Assembly: GCA_963702095.1 (NCBI GenBank)
Contig: OY969706.1
Span: 864,001-928,000 of the forward strand
Source of the DNA: Candidatus Bathyarchaeota archaeon
Lineage (GTDB): Archaea; Thermoproteota; Bathyarchaeia; Bathyarchaeales; Bathycorpusculaceae
Length of the DNA stretch: 64,000 nucleotides
Direction of reading: 5' to 3'
Every line of letters starts with the position of its first letter. The first letter of the stretch is position 1. Below the pieces are notes generated by a model, which did not search any database, was not told the DNA's origin, and saw nothing but the letters and a program-made list of their open reading frames with translations. Positions 48,895-59,800 of this stretch are shown in pieces. The translations under genes were made by a program, and so were the position numbers.

Positions 48895-49557
48895 TTAATG
48901 GCTGAGTTTTTTGATTAACCGTTTGAGACGATAAACCGTCAGCCCCGCATTCAAAGAAGCGGGCACTGGTCCCCCGTGGGGTGCACAGTTGCCTTTAACG
49001 ATTGCTTTGGCGACTGCGTCAACCGTGGCTTCCTCCGCCTCGATTTCGGTATAGCCGTAGCCGATTTGGGGACCATAATGCGCGTCTGTTCCCGCAACCC
49101 GCGACAGGTTGTAGCGTTCGGCGGCTTCTTGAGCTTTTTTCATGCTGCTTTTGAAGGGGAATGCTCTGGCGTTGATGACTTCGATGGCGTCAAAAGCCCC
49201 GCATACGTTGTTGCGGAGGCATCCTTTGAAGTAGACATAGGGGTGACAAGCGATGGCGACTCCGCCGGCTTTGTGGATGCGTTCGACTGTTTCGACGGCG
49301 CTGTAACCTTTGGGGATAAGTTCTTTGACGTTTAATGCGACGATGTGACCGTCGGCGCTGGAAACCTCCATGCCGGGGATTATGAGAAAATCAGGGTTTT
49401 CTTTTGCGATTTTGTAGGCGCCGTCTAAGGTGTTGTGGTCGGTGACCGCCACAGCGTTTAACCCACGCTTCTTCGCGTAGTAAACGAGGTCTTTTGGGGT
49501 TATGAGTGAGTCACTGGAGTAGGTTGTGTGGACGTGAAGATCAGCGCTTATCTTCAT
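48895..49557 (-). CDS. PHP-domain metal-dependent phosphoesterase
   Basis: DLHVHT..SD, VTDHN, GHI, HP and GTDAH motifs. Confidence 0.9.
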   Translation of the reverse strand: MKISADLHVHTTYSSDSLITPKDLVYYAKKRGLNAVAVTDHNTLDGAYKIAKENPDFLIIPGMEVSSADGHIVALNVKELIPKGYSAVETVERIHKAGGVAIACHPYVYFKGCLRNNVCGAFDAIEVINARAFPFKSSMKKAQEAAERYNLSRVAGTDAHYGPQIGYGYTEIEAEEATVDAVAKAIVKGNCAPHGGPVPASLNAGLTVYRLKRLIKKLSH

Positions 49558-49566
49558 TTGCCCGCC

Positions 49567-51270
49567 TCACTTCGAAGCCATTTTTGCCCGCACCTGCGCC
49601 AACTGTTCATCAAAAACGTCCTCGTTTGCGTCGACCTTATGGAAAAGCGGGGTAGGCTTGTTGATTTTGTGCCCTGCCTCAAGCGGCACCAAAGCATCTG
49701 CCCATTTAATTTGCTCAACGGCGCCCGCCAAATTCATAGTTTGCCACAATTGCTGGGCGGTTTGGGGCATAAACGGCTCCGACACCACCGCAATGGCTTT
49801 GACAACCTGCGCTGAAACGTAGAAGATGGTGCCTGCCTTCTCCTTGTCAGTCTTCATGAGGTTCCATGGCTCCTTAGTGTTTAGGTACTGGTTCCCCATG
49901 CGGCTGATTGTGACCAGCGTGTTGGCGGCGGATTGAAGCCACCCATCCTCGATTTCCTGGGCTGCCTGCGCAACTTTTTCTTTTAAGCAGTCGAGTACGG
50001 CTTGATCGGCATCGTCCAGTTTGGTCGGCGCTGGGATGGTGGCGTCGAATTTACTATTGATAAACGAGAGGGTGCGGTGCATGAAGTTGCCAAACGTGTC
50101 GTTTAAGTCGGCGTTGATTTTGTCGGCGAAAGCTGCCCATGTGAAGTTGGTGTCTTTGCTTTCTGGGCGGGTGGCTATTAGGAAGAAGCGCCAGTAATCG
50201 ACGGGGAACATTTCCAGTGCCTCATCTATCCAGATGCCTATTCGCTGGCTTTTGGAAGCTTTCTGTCCGCGGAACTGCAGGAACTCGGTGGCAGATACAT
50301 TCCAGGGCAGGTTGTAGCCCTGTCCCGAAGCCAACAGCAACGCTGGCAATATGATGGTGTGGAAGGGAATGTTGTCTTTGCCCACAAAATACAGCGTTTT
50401 AGCAGTCTTGTCAAGCCAGAACTCCCGCCACTTCTCCGGTTGCCCAAGACGCTGGCATAACTCAATCGTTGCCGAAACATAACCCAATACTGCCTCCACC
50501 CAGACGTAGACGGTTTTCCCTTCAGCGCCTTTAAAGGGTGCGGGGATACCCCATTCGACGTCGCGGGTGACCGCTCGGGGTTTTAAGCCCTCTTTTATCC
50601 AGTTTAAGCTAAAGTTTTTGGCGTTTTGGGGCAGTTGACAGTTGTTTTCTATGTACTGTATTAGGGGTTGCTCTAGTTTGGTGAGGTCGATGAACCAGTG
50701 CCGCGTGGTCTTCACGACGGGCTTGCTTTTGCAGATGATACAGTAAGGCTCAATCAGCAGCGTGGGCTCGAGTAGTTTGCCGCAGCTGTCACATTGGTCG
50801 CCCCGCGCTTTCTCGCAGCCGCAGTAGGGGCATTTGCCCTCGACGAAGCGGTCGGGGAGGAAACGCTGGTCATGCTCGCAGTAGAGCATCTGCGTGTCTT
50901 TAGCGAAAATGTAGCCGTTTGCCTCGATTTCAAGCAGCGTTTTCTGTACGAACTCTTTGTGTGTGGGGCTCTCGGTGCTGGTGTAGTTGTCAAAGGAGGC
51001 GCCCCAGCGGCGGAACAGTTCGGAGACGCGGGCGTGGTTGCGCTCGGTTAAAGCCCTGGGGGTTATGCCTTCTTTTAAGGCGGCTACCTCCATGGGTGTG
51101 CCATGCGTGTCGCTGCCGCTAACCATCAACGTGTCGGCGCCTTTGAGGCGGTAATAGCGGGCTGTTACATCGGCGGATAAGACGGAGCCGACGAGGTTGC
51201 CCAAGTGCGGGATGGCGTTGATGTAGGGCCAAGCGGACGTGACAAGAACTTTCTCAGGCAAAGTTATCAT
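49567..51270 (-). CDS. metG: Methionine--tRNA ligase (without C-terminal tRNA-binding domain)
   Basis: SAWPYIN..HLGN, zinc knuckles CPYC/CDSC/CIIC, GKDN..FH, KASKS; start at ATG 51270 about 25 nt below a TATA box. Confidence 0.95.
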   Translation of the reverse strand: MITLPEKVLVTSAWPYINAIPHLGNLVGSVLSADVTARYYRLKGADTLMVSGSDTHGTPMEVAALKEGITPRALTERNHARVSELFRRWGASFDNYTSTESPTHKEFVQKTLLEIEANGYIFAKDTQMLYCEHDQRFLPDRFVEGKCPYCGCEKARGDQCDSCGKLLEPTLLIEPYCIICKSKPVVKTTRHWFIDLTKLEQPLIQYIENNCQLPQNAKNFSLNWIKEGLKPRAVTRDVEWGIPAPFKGAEGKTVYVWVEAVLGYVSATIELCQRLGQPEKWREFWLDKTAKTLYFVGKDNIPFHTIILPALLLASGQGYNLPWNVSATEFLQFRGQKASKSQRIGIWIDEALEMFPVDYWRFFLIATRPESKDTNFTWAAFADKINADLNDTFGNFMHRTLSFINSKFDATIPAPTKLDDADQAVLDCLKEKVAQAAQEIEDGWLQSAANTLVTISRMGNQYLNTKEPWNLMKTDKEKAGTIFYVSAQVVKAIAVVSEPFMPQTAQQLWQTMNLAGAVEQIKWADALVPLEAGHKINKPTPLFHKVDANEDVFDEQLAQVRAKMASK

Positions 51271-51690
51271 CAACAAAACGTTAAGTAAAGACCTTATAAA
51301 AATTGCTATGACAACACAAATAACGGATCCTTTGACACACGGAACGGTTTGCAATCACGTAATTATTCGCCTATTTAGGGCTTGAATTTGGCGTTTTCTT
51401 TCGGGTGTGGGGTTGGCAATTGATTTCTGAGAGTCGAGGGATAATTAGGAGAAGAAAATTCTCGAAGGGAAATGCAAAAACCTTCAAGCAGAAATACTGT
51501 AACCTTGGCGCGATAAAGGAACTAGTGCATTGCTTTTGATACGCACTATAAATGTCTGGTTGTGGGTTGCCTGATTGATTGGGCTTACTTTGCGAAGTTG
51601 TCTTTGCAACTTTGCGAATTGGAATTGGCTAAATCGTTAAGCTGGTTTCTCAAGAAGTACTATATTTGCATCCTTAGTAAGAGAGAATAC

Positions 51691-51912
51691 ATGCAAAGGC
51701 TACTGAGTCAGAAAATCAGGTTTTTTTTCCTACCATTGGCCTTGCCTCTTTTGATTATCGGTTGGTTCTTATTAAACCGACCGAAAAACACTCAGAAGTA
51801 TACTCCAAAAACGAAAGCCAAGCCCACATCGCTTAATGTCACAGAGGCTAAAGCGGCTATAGAGCTTTGGGGTGAGCCTGTTCCTACTCAAACACTCAAT
51901 CCAACGCAATAA
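51691..51912 (+). CDS. Small single-TM protein
   Basis: MQRLLSQKIRFFFLPLALPLLIIGWFL..; TATA-like sequence at 51660. Confidence 0.55.
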   Translation: MQRLLSQKIRFFFLPLALPLLIIGWFLLNRPKNTQKYTPKTKAKPTSLNVTEAKAAIELWGEPVPTQTLNPTQ

Positions 51913-52245
51913 GGAGAAAAAACCGAATAAATGCATAAACATGCAAAAATCTGGTTTTCATGAATCAAGCGAATCACAGGCACTCCTCACCCCAGTAACC
52001 GACTCAACTCCGAGCTTATAATGTTTTTTCCCCAATTCTTAACCCAAAAATTCATTCGCCCAGGCAAAATAATTTGCCGAAATGGGCTGATGCGGACTGC
52101 GCCGTTTTATGAGGGATATGTGATTCTCTGAGAGCAACATAAAAGGTGCGTAGGCTCAACTGTGCCTGGAAGCCTTGGATGTTTGGTTTTTCGGCGGCAA
52201 GGCTTAAATTTTGATGCAACAATACCCCGTATCGAGGAGAAAAGC

Positions 52246-53322
52246 GTGCCATACTGTCGAAGATGCGGAGCTAAACTTGAAGAGGATTGGCGTTTCTGCC
52301 AAAACTGCGGAACCCAAGTAATCAACAACTTCACTCCACCCCCCGCCCCAGATACCCCCGCTGCGCCGTTGAGGCCTATGCGCAAAGATCCCATCCTGTG
52401 GACTGGCGTGGCTTTAGCAGCAATTTTGGTTGCCGCCGCAGTCATCGCCGCCATCTTGGCTGCACCAGTAGGGACATGGAGTTTAGCCGTGCCTTACGGG
52501 GACTCCAGCCCAAACGTGCACACTCTTAACTTGAACTTTCAAGCCGACATCGCAAAAATAAACATCCTAACAGAGAAAAATGGCAACGACAACATCTTGG
52601 TCTATGTGTCGGGGAACGGGTCAAGAGGTCTAACAGGCGGTTCGGCTGCTCCCCTCAACGTCACGTTTGTAAACCAGACTATGGGCGACGTTTTAACCGT
52701 GGACATGGAGGTTACAGTTGAGCAGCCTGTGCCCTTAGCAAACGTTGTCTGCGACATCTATGTTGACCCCAACCTCAAACTTAACCTCAACGTCACCACA
52801 ACAACGGGGCAAATCACTTTTGGCGCTGAGCAACCCACAACCATAGAAACCCTTCGTCTGCAAGCCACCACCGGCCAAGTGGAAGCTAATCTCCACAGCG
52901 ACACCACAGTCGCGGGCAACCTCACCTTAAAAACCACTACCGGAGCAGTTTATTTTTCGATGAGTGAAACCAAAGTGGTCGGCAACTGCACACTTGATTT
53001 GCATTCAACCACTGGCGCCGTTAATATGGATATTTCTGAGACAAAAACTTTGCAGGGCAACCTCGCAGTTGAGGCTGACACGAACACCGGAGCCATAAAC
53101 GTCAACTTAATCGTGGACAGCGGAGTCGGAGCAAAAATCAACTCCCAAGTCAACGGTTTCGGCAACATACACGCCGATCTTACACACTTCAACGGCGACA
53201 AATCACCCCTGCAATCAGACAATTACCCCGCAGCAAGCAACATAGAAATAACCAACCATGTCAACGGGTTCGGCGACGTAAACATAGACGCCGTCTACCA
53301 AACTCAACTTGCCACAAGTTAG
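52246..53322 (+). CDS. Zinc-ribbon + TM + DUF4097-like beta-repeat membrane protein
   Basis: YCRRCG..FCQNCG, TM helix, repeated TTTG.V units; GAGGAG RBS before GTG. Confidence 0.8.
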   Translation: MPYCRRCGAKLEEDWRFCQNCGTQVINNFTPPPAPDTPAAPLRPMRKDPILWTGVALAAILVAAAVIAAILAAPVGTWSLAVPYGDSSPNVHTLNLNFQADIAKINILTEKNGNDNILVYVSGNGSRGLTGGSAAPLNVTFVNQTMGDVLTVDMEVTVEQPVPLANVVCDIYVDPNLKLNLNVTTTTGQITFGAEQPTTIETLRLQATTGQVEANLHSDTTVAGNLTLKTTTGAVYFSMSETKVVGNCTLDLHSTTGAVNMDISETKTLQGNLAVEADTNTGAINVNLIVDSGVGAKINSQVNGFGNIHADLTHFNGDKSPLQSDNYPAASNIEITNHVNGFGDVNIDAVYQTQLATS

Positions 53323-53366
53323 CCCTAAACCTTTAAAACCCGCCACTTACCACATAGAATATAGCA

Positions 53367-53615
53367 ATGGTGATTTTTTTGGCACAGAAAAAAGTAACCA
53401 GACAAGAACTAGAAGAAAACAACGGACAAAACGGCAAACCAGCCTACATACTCTACAAGGGCAAAGTCTACGATGTAACGGAAAGCAGTTTCTGGATGGA
53501 GGGCGAACACATGGGCATGCACAACGCCGGCAAAGACCTCACCGAAGATTTAGAGATGGCGCCGCATAAAGAAGAGAACTTTAGCCGCGTAAAATACGTC
53601 GGCGACTTAGAGTAG
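53367..53615 (+). CDS. Cytochrome b5-like heme/steroid-binding protein
   Basis: ELEENNGQNG..YKGKVYDVT..H.AGKDLT..APH..VG.L pattern. Confidence 0.9.
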   Translation: MVIFLAQKKVTRQELEENNGQNGKPAYILYKGKVYDVTESSFWMEGEHMGMHNAGKDLTEDLEMAPHKEENFSRVKYVGDLE

Positions 53616-54839
53616 GCATTGTAGCACAGAGTCAATCTGCACTATATCCGCTAACACATTTTTTACTTCCACCTCAGCTAGGGTGGTGCGGTTCTGGTGG
53701 ATTTCGGTTACTGTTTGGGTTAAGCTGTCAAAAGCTCCTTTAACGTCCAAGTCGTTGTTCATGTGCGCTTCAAACTCGCTTCGCAGTCTGCCGACATATG
53801 AATCGCCCTGACACTTCTCAGATGCACTCATACCCTGCAGGTCCGCAATCATGCGCCTCAAAGAATCCATTTGCTCACTTGCTTGCCCAAGCTTTTCAAA
53901 GGTGAAATTGAGCACTTCTCGGTATGGACCATAAATTAGGAAAAACCGCAGTTGAGATCCGCTAAAACCCTTGGCTGCAACATCGCTTGTGTAGTACACG
54001 TTACCTTTGCTCTTGGACATTTTTTCTCCGTCAACATAGAGGTGTCCGCCGTGTAGCCAGTAACGCGAAAACTGTTCGCCGGAAACTGACTCGGCGATTG
54101 CGAGCGTGTAGTCATGGTGCCGCACCAAGTTGTCGATGCCACCACAGGCGATGTCTATGCTGTAGCCTAAGGTTTTTGTTACGATTGCGGCGTCTTGGAT
54201 GTTCCATGCTGGGCGACCACTACCGACTGGCGTATCATAGCAGACGTCTTCTAGGCCGCAGCCATGCCAAATGATGAAGTCACCCATGTTCCATGGCGTG
54301 CCAGGATAGGTGTCTTTATGGTAACGCCGATGCCGCTTGGGCCATTTACTCATGTCGAGGTGTGCCAGTTTTCCGAAGCCCCGAAATTTAAGGGGGTCAA
54401 AATAGGCGTTTTTGACGCCTCGATAGATGTACCAGTAAGCGTAGCCGCAATCAAGAAGCTTAGCAACCAAATCAGTAGCTTGGTCAACCGCCCGCGACGC
54501 CCTCACTGGATAATCGGGTTTTTTTATGTGCAGTAACTTAAAGTCTTCAAAGAAGACCGCTTCATTCTTCTGGGTTAACGCCTCCACGGTTAACCCCTCT
54601 TTTTTAGCTTGGATAATGGCTTTGTCCTCCACGTCAGTTAACGCCATAGCCCGGGTAACTTTGTAACCGAGGTATTCGAGGTAGCGTTGGAGTATGTCTT
54701 CGAAGAGGAAAGTGCGGTAGTTGCCGATGTGCGCCCGCTGATACGTCGAGGGTCCGCACGTGAACATTTTGACTTTGCCCGGTTCGGCGGATTGGAAGGG
54801 CTCGATTTTACGTGTGAGGGTGTTGTAGATGTTAAGCAC
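53607..54839 (-). CDS. Cysteine--tRNA ligase-like protein with atypical active site
   Basis: YNTLTR, CGP, HIGN, GRP.W and KMSKS present; WNIQD replaces WHIEC and HHDYT replaces HHENE; only 410 aa. Confidence 0.8.
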   Translation of the reverse strand: MLNIYNTLTRKIEPFQSAEPGKVKMFTCGPSTYQRAHIGNYRTFLFEDILQRYLEYLGYKVTRAMALTDVEDKAIIQAKKEGLTVEALTQKNEAVFFEDFKLLHIKKPDYPVRASRAVDQATDLVAKLLDCGYAYWYIYRGVKNAYFDPLKFRGFGKLAHLDMSKWPKRHRRYHKDTYPGTPWNMGDFIIWHGCGLEDVCYDTPVGSGRPAWNIQDAAIVTKTLGYSIDIACGGIDNLVRHHDYTLAIAESVSGEQFSRYWLHGGHLYVDGEKMSKSKGNVYYTSDVAAKGFSGSQLRFFLIYGPYREVLNFTFEKLGQASEQMDSLRRMIADLQGMSASEKCQGDSYVGRLRSEFEAHMNNDLDVKGAFDSLTQTVTEIHQNRTTLAEVEVKNVLADIVQIDSVLQCLL

Positions 54840-55308
54840 TGGTTTTTTCCTCTTGCTCTAGCATTTGGAGGGTTTCTTTTGCTTCCTCCACATGCCGTTG
54901 CGCTTGAGTCTGCGAATTAAAAATGTGTCGGACCACGCCCTTCTTGTCTATAATGTAGGTGACTCTGCCAGGCAGAATCCCCATACTATGCGGCACCCCG
55001 TAGAACTCCCGCACTTTGTTGCCCACATCAGCCAACAGTATAAACGGCAGCCCATAATGCGTTGCAAATGCCACATGTGATTCGACGCTTTGGCCGCTTA
55101 CGCCCAACACTTCGGCGCCTAAATCTGCCAGTTGCTGGTAGCTGTCGCGGAAACTGCAGGCTTCTTTTATGCATCCGGGCGTTTCATCTTTGGGGTAGAA
55201 GTAGAGAACTATGTTTTTTTTGCCTAGGTACTCTGATAGGGTTACGTTGTCGCCCATTTGGCTGGGTAATGTAAAATCTGGGGCTTTATCGCCAACTTTA
55301 ACCGTCAA
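54832..55308 (-). CDS. bcp: Peroxiredoxin Bcp/PrxQ
   Basis: VGDKAPDF and LYFYPKDETPGCIKEACSFRD motifs. Confidence 0.95.
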   Translation of the reverse strand: MTVKVGDKAPDFTLPSQMGDNVTLSEYLGKKNIVLYFYPKDETPGCIKEACSFRDSYQQLADLGAEVLGVSGQSVESHVAFATHYGLPFILLADVGNKVREFYGVPHSMGILPGRVTYIIDKKGVVRHIFNSQTQAQRHVEEAKETLQMLEQEEKTSA

Positions 55309-55488
55309 AAATTTTCACCACAAAATAGTGGCTTCTTAGTGCTATTATGTTTTTTCTTATTTCCCGCTAATGCTATGAACAGCGGTTTTTAGCACCCACA
55401 TTAAACTGAACAACAAATTTTAAGCACTTACACGTCTTGACTTTAGAGAACGCCCATATATTCTGATTTTAAAAGATTCTTGACTAAT

Positions 55489-56715
55489 TCACTTTTTTCT
55501 TCTGTAAATGACACCCACCGCTACCGATATTGCAGCTATTACTATCACAGCAGTTGAAGCGATTATTGCGTTTTGCGTCTCATTCGCAATTGGGACTCTA
55601 GGGTTCGGTTCTTGGGTGGGAGTGGGTGTTTGGGCTAACAATGGGTCAGGCCCTGTACCATAGCCGAGGGGCGAGTACCGCTCGTTTAACGCGAAATGTT
55701 CGACAGTGTAACTGTCTGGTAGAGAATCAAAGTAATCTGGATAATGGTAGGTTGTATGAATGCCTCCTATGGCATAGATAAGATCGTTTGCCGTGGCAAC
55801 GCCGAAACCAGAGCGATCTGTGGGCTTAGCGATGTCAACACTCCAGCTGTTATCGAATGGGTTATACACTTGTGCAGATTGATAATGCAGAAGAGCAGCA
55901 TCAAACAAATAGATTCGTAGTGACGCATTTTTGCCGTTAGTTATGGCAGCTACAGAGTAAGCGGCGTATAGCGGTGAATGCGCACCCGAACTCCATTGAT
56001 CTGTTTTTGGGTCGTAAATCTGGGTTGAATTCTGAACTACTATATTTTTTAGTTGGAGTCCACCAAAGACGTATACCTTATTAGCGAAGGTAGTTGAGGC
56101 ATACCATCGGGTACCGACTGGGATTGACGCCTTTGTAGTCCATGTGTCTGTGGTTGGATCATATTCTTCATTTACTGAGAGACTGGCGTCGGTATAGGTG
56201 TCATAGGTTCCGGGTGTCTGTCCGCCGATTAGGTAGATTTTGCCGTTTACTGTATTGGCTTGCAAGTAAACTCTGGCTGTTGGCATGGCTGCTTTGGTTT
56301 CCCATGTGTCGGTTGTTGTATCGTATACTTCGTTTACGGCTGCGTATATTGGTGCGTGGTCTTCGGGTTCTTGGTGGTAGCCTGTGATTCCGCCGATACA
56401 GTATATCTTATTTTGGACGACAGCTATAGCGAAATTGTATCTAGCAGTTGGCATTGGTGCCTTGTATTCCCAACTGTTTGTTGCAGGATCATATACCTCG
56501 TTTGTTGATAATGCTTCACCATCATCGCCTCCTATCGCATAAATCTTATCGTTGACGGACACTACGCCTAAACCTGCTCTTGCTTGTTGCATCGGCGCCA
56601 TTTGAGTCCAAACGTTGTTTGATGCCCCAACGTTACTACAAAGACTTGGTTGAAGGACTATCAAAATGAGTAAGATGGATAGCACCGAGAGAACCGTTAT
56701 TTTTCTCAAGCGCAT
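55489..56715 (-). CDS. Secreted Kelch-repeat surface protein with C-terminal TM
   Basis: Signal peptide; about six KIY.IGG..YDP.T.TW..MPT.R repeats; PT linker, TM, RRKK. Confidence 0.9.
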   Translation of the reverse strand: MRLRKITVLSVLSILLILIVLQPSLCSNVGASNNVWTQMAPMQQARAGLGVVSVNDKIYAIGGDDGEALSTNEVYDPATNSWEYKAPMPTARYNFAIAVVQNKIYCIGGITGYHQEPEDHAPIYAAVNEVYDTTTDTWETKAAMPTARVYLQANTVNGKIYLIGGQTPGTYDTYTDASLSVNEEYDPTTDTWTTKASIPVGTRWYASTTFANKVYVFGGLQLKNIVVQNSTQIYDPKTDQWSSGAHSPLYAAYSVAAITNGKNASLRIYLFDAALLHYQSAQVYNPFDNSWSVDIAKPTDRSGFGVATANDLIYAIGGIHTTYHYPDYFDSLPDSYTVEHFALNERYSPLGYGTGPDPLLAQTPTPTQEPNPRVPIANETQNAIIASTAVIVIAAISVAVGVIYRRKK

Positions 56716-56865
56716 ATACATAACTAAGTGATTGGTGTTATATGAGGTTTTGTATCCAATCAATTAGGGCAACAATTTAGTTACTAACCATAACTACTAA
56801 TAGCGAAAAATTTAAAAGGAAACTCTTTCACATCAATATTATTAGCATTCAACCGCCAAAAGGTT

Positions 56866-59800
56866 ATGCCTATGAAATCGTTTCTCATTACAACAATCAT
56901 CCTAATTATTCTTATCACAAGCGTCTTTACAGTTACTTTACCCAAAACACAGGCAACTGAACTTAACTTAACTCAAAAAGGGGAAATATTTCTTGGCAAT
57001 GTTTTAAATTTGGACTTAACTAAATACTATATAGAAACAAAAACATACCCTTTAGATAGCTCGTCTTTATACTTAGGCATAGTTCCGCAAGACAGCATCG
57101 GCTACAAACTTACTTCGGAACATAACAAAATAGAGCTTGTGTGTACTTTTATCGACGGAAATTTACATATGCTTTTTGTAACCAACAATGAAGGCACAGC
57201 ACAACTTCTCGAAACTGACAATAATAGCCCCATTGAGGTAGCAAGGAGTTTTCTAGCGAGCTATCAGAACTTCGCTGATAATGCACTATTTGGCGGATTG
57301 GTTTCAACTCTAGAGAAAGCGCAGCAGGGTGAAAATTTTACTACAACGCTTGGAAACATTGCGCTAGAGGCTACATATGCAGCAGATTCTGCCACATTCA
57401 GGTGGCATTATGCAGCTAACGGGGCTGAAGCGTCATATTCAAAGTTCATTTCGCTTGTCGTAAAAAATGGTTTAGTGACTGGATTTATTGACAACTGGCA
57501 ACTGTACACTGTAGGAAACAATGCAGTAAATCTTACTGAAAAAGAAGCCTCAGAGATTGCCTTACAAGCAACAAAAGCTCATGTAGCAGGATTTGAAAAA
57601 TATGGTCTAAATCAAAATAATATTAATGGCTCAAATGTACGCTGGGCAAGGCTTATTTTTGATAACTCTTTAAACGTAAGTGTTCCACGTAGTAAAGACC
57701 TTCTAGAATTATTTCCAGTTTGGCGAGTCGGTATTGCATTAGATAAATGGTATGGCTCAATGTATGGGGTAGAAGTTGACATTTGGGCGGATACCAAAGA
57801 AATCCGGTCTATCGAAGAAGCCTGGGGCGACTTACCTCTATCAGATCAACAGGAAATTGTTAACACCACTTCAATTCAACAGAATATCGCTAACCCCATT
57901 GCTACCCAGCAGGTCGGCGCTTCTATTCCAACTAAGGAGTCAGAACTAAACATTCAGCCGATATTAATAGTAACAGGCGGTTTTCTTTTTGGCACAGGAC
58001 TTACAATTACTTATTTGAGTTGCAAAAGAGGTAAATTGCCCAAATATTTACTTAGGTCTAAGCCGATGGCTCTAGTTACGTTATCATTAATAGTATTACT
58101 TCTCGTTCCAATTGGCTTAGTTAGTGCAAACACCAAAACGGCTGTCGTTTGGGGAGCAGAAAGTACTGGTGCAACCGGTTATCAAGGACCTGATGGACCA
58201 AGTTGGCGTAAGCAAGCATGCGAGGTCACACAGCAACAATCAACAGCCATTACTATCAGGAACTACTTCGCGAATTACGGAGGATATACGGCGTATAATC
58301 ATCAAGGAACTGTTGGGCCATCTACACATTTAGCTATATTAAGTGATATTAATTCCTACAATTCTGTTAACAGTCGAGCTGTCTATATCGATTTTGATCA
58401 TGGTAACTGGTATGACAAGTCATTAACAGATCGGAATCACTTTATTTTTGAAGATCAGGTTGGAACATTAATCGGCACTTTTGATGATTATCTAAATCAT
58501 CGAGTAGTTTCTAACCCAACTGGGCTTGTCTATGATGATGAGATAAATGCCAGAACAAATAGCAGCACAACGTTATTTGTTTTGATAAACGCTTGTAATT
58601 CAGGCGCCCTATTTAATTTACTAGATGGCACGAGATGGCAGGGTACTAGCAACAAAATAGGTTTGCCTTATGGTTTTACGCACCGGACAGTCGAAAACAA
58701 AGAAGACCCTATACCGGGTATTTCGTTCGATATTAAAAGTCATATGAGCGACGATGCATATTTTTATCCAGATGATGGCTGCCAAGTTTTCATGGGTTTC
58801 GTAGGAGGATCAATTTCTCTAAGCCAAAAAATGCCCTACCCTGACGGCACAAACTATTATTCAACATTTATAGAGAGATTCTTCTACGACGCACTATATT
58901 ATGACGATACATCGGTAAATTGTGCTCTTGATATGTCTTCTTTTGAGACCCTTGGTGGCAGATATTACTCAGACACATTGTGCCCTCTTAGAAGTTTTAC
59001 AGCTTATTGGTGGATGCCGCCAGAAACACATTTAAACCCCCTTGGGCCAGGTCATTTAGTTGTCTACGGTAACGGCAGAATTCAGCTCAAAAGTTTCAGC
59101 GATGACTTTAATGATGGTAATTACAATGGCTGGACAGTAATTCCTCCAGGTTCATGGACAGTAACGGGCGGCAAATTAAAAGCCCAACAGGGGAACTCAT
59201 TAATCCGAACCAACGAGCAATTCTCAAACGACCGATTCCTTCGAGCAAAAGTACAGACGCTCACAACTGGTACAAACTCATGGGATGTCGCTTGGGTTAT
59301 GGCTAAATATGTAGACAATAACAACAAAGTTTACGGGTTGATACACAAAGACGGTAAAGTAGAACTTTCTCTTTTTCGAAATGGGCAGCAATATCCATGG
59401 CAAAGTGCAGCCAACAGCACACTTCATCCTACTGATTGGCATACTATTGAAGTAAATATCGTGGGAAACAAGGGTTGGGTATTTGTTGACGGCGTATTCA
59501 AAATTAGTGGAACCAGCGATTACTTCGATGATTTTAGTGGCTATGCGGCACTACATACCCATACCTCGGCAACAGCTTACTTTGACGATATCACCGTTGT
59601 GGAACAACAACCCTGGTCTACTTATCACAAACTAACAGTCAATTCCTCTACAGGGGGTACCACAAGTATTGCCCCTGGCGTATACAATTATACTGCTGGT
59701 ACACCGGTTACCGTAACTGCTTATCCTTCTACTGGATATCATTTTAGCCATTGGCATGACTATGGCGTTGATGCCTGTACTCAAAACCCAATAACAGTGA

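Noticed and set aside
51470-51495. TTCTGCTTGA on the minus strand as a seventh repeat copy
   Set aside because: Only about 10 nt match and the downstream blocks are absent.
52055-52100. Hairpin followed by GCTGATG as a fluoride riboswitch
   Set aside because: The 5' GGNGATG/pseudoknot element is missing and no crcB-type gene is adjacent.
21821-54839. GT4 + PIG-L + CysRS-like genes as a mycothiol-like pathway
   Set aside because: The genes are far apart and GT4/PIG-L are embedded in the glycan island, so there is no evidence of linkage.
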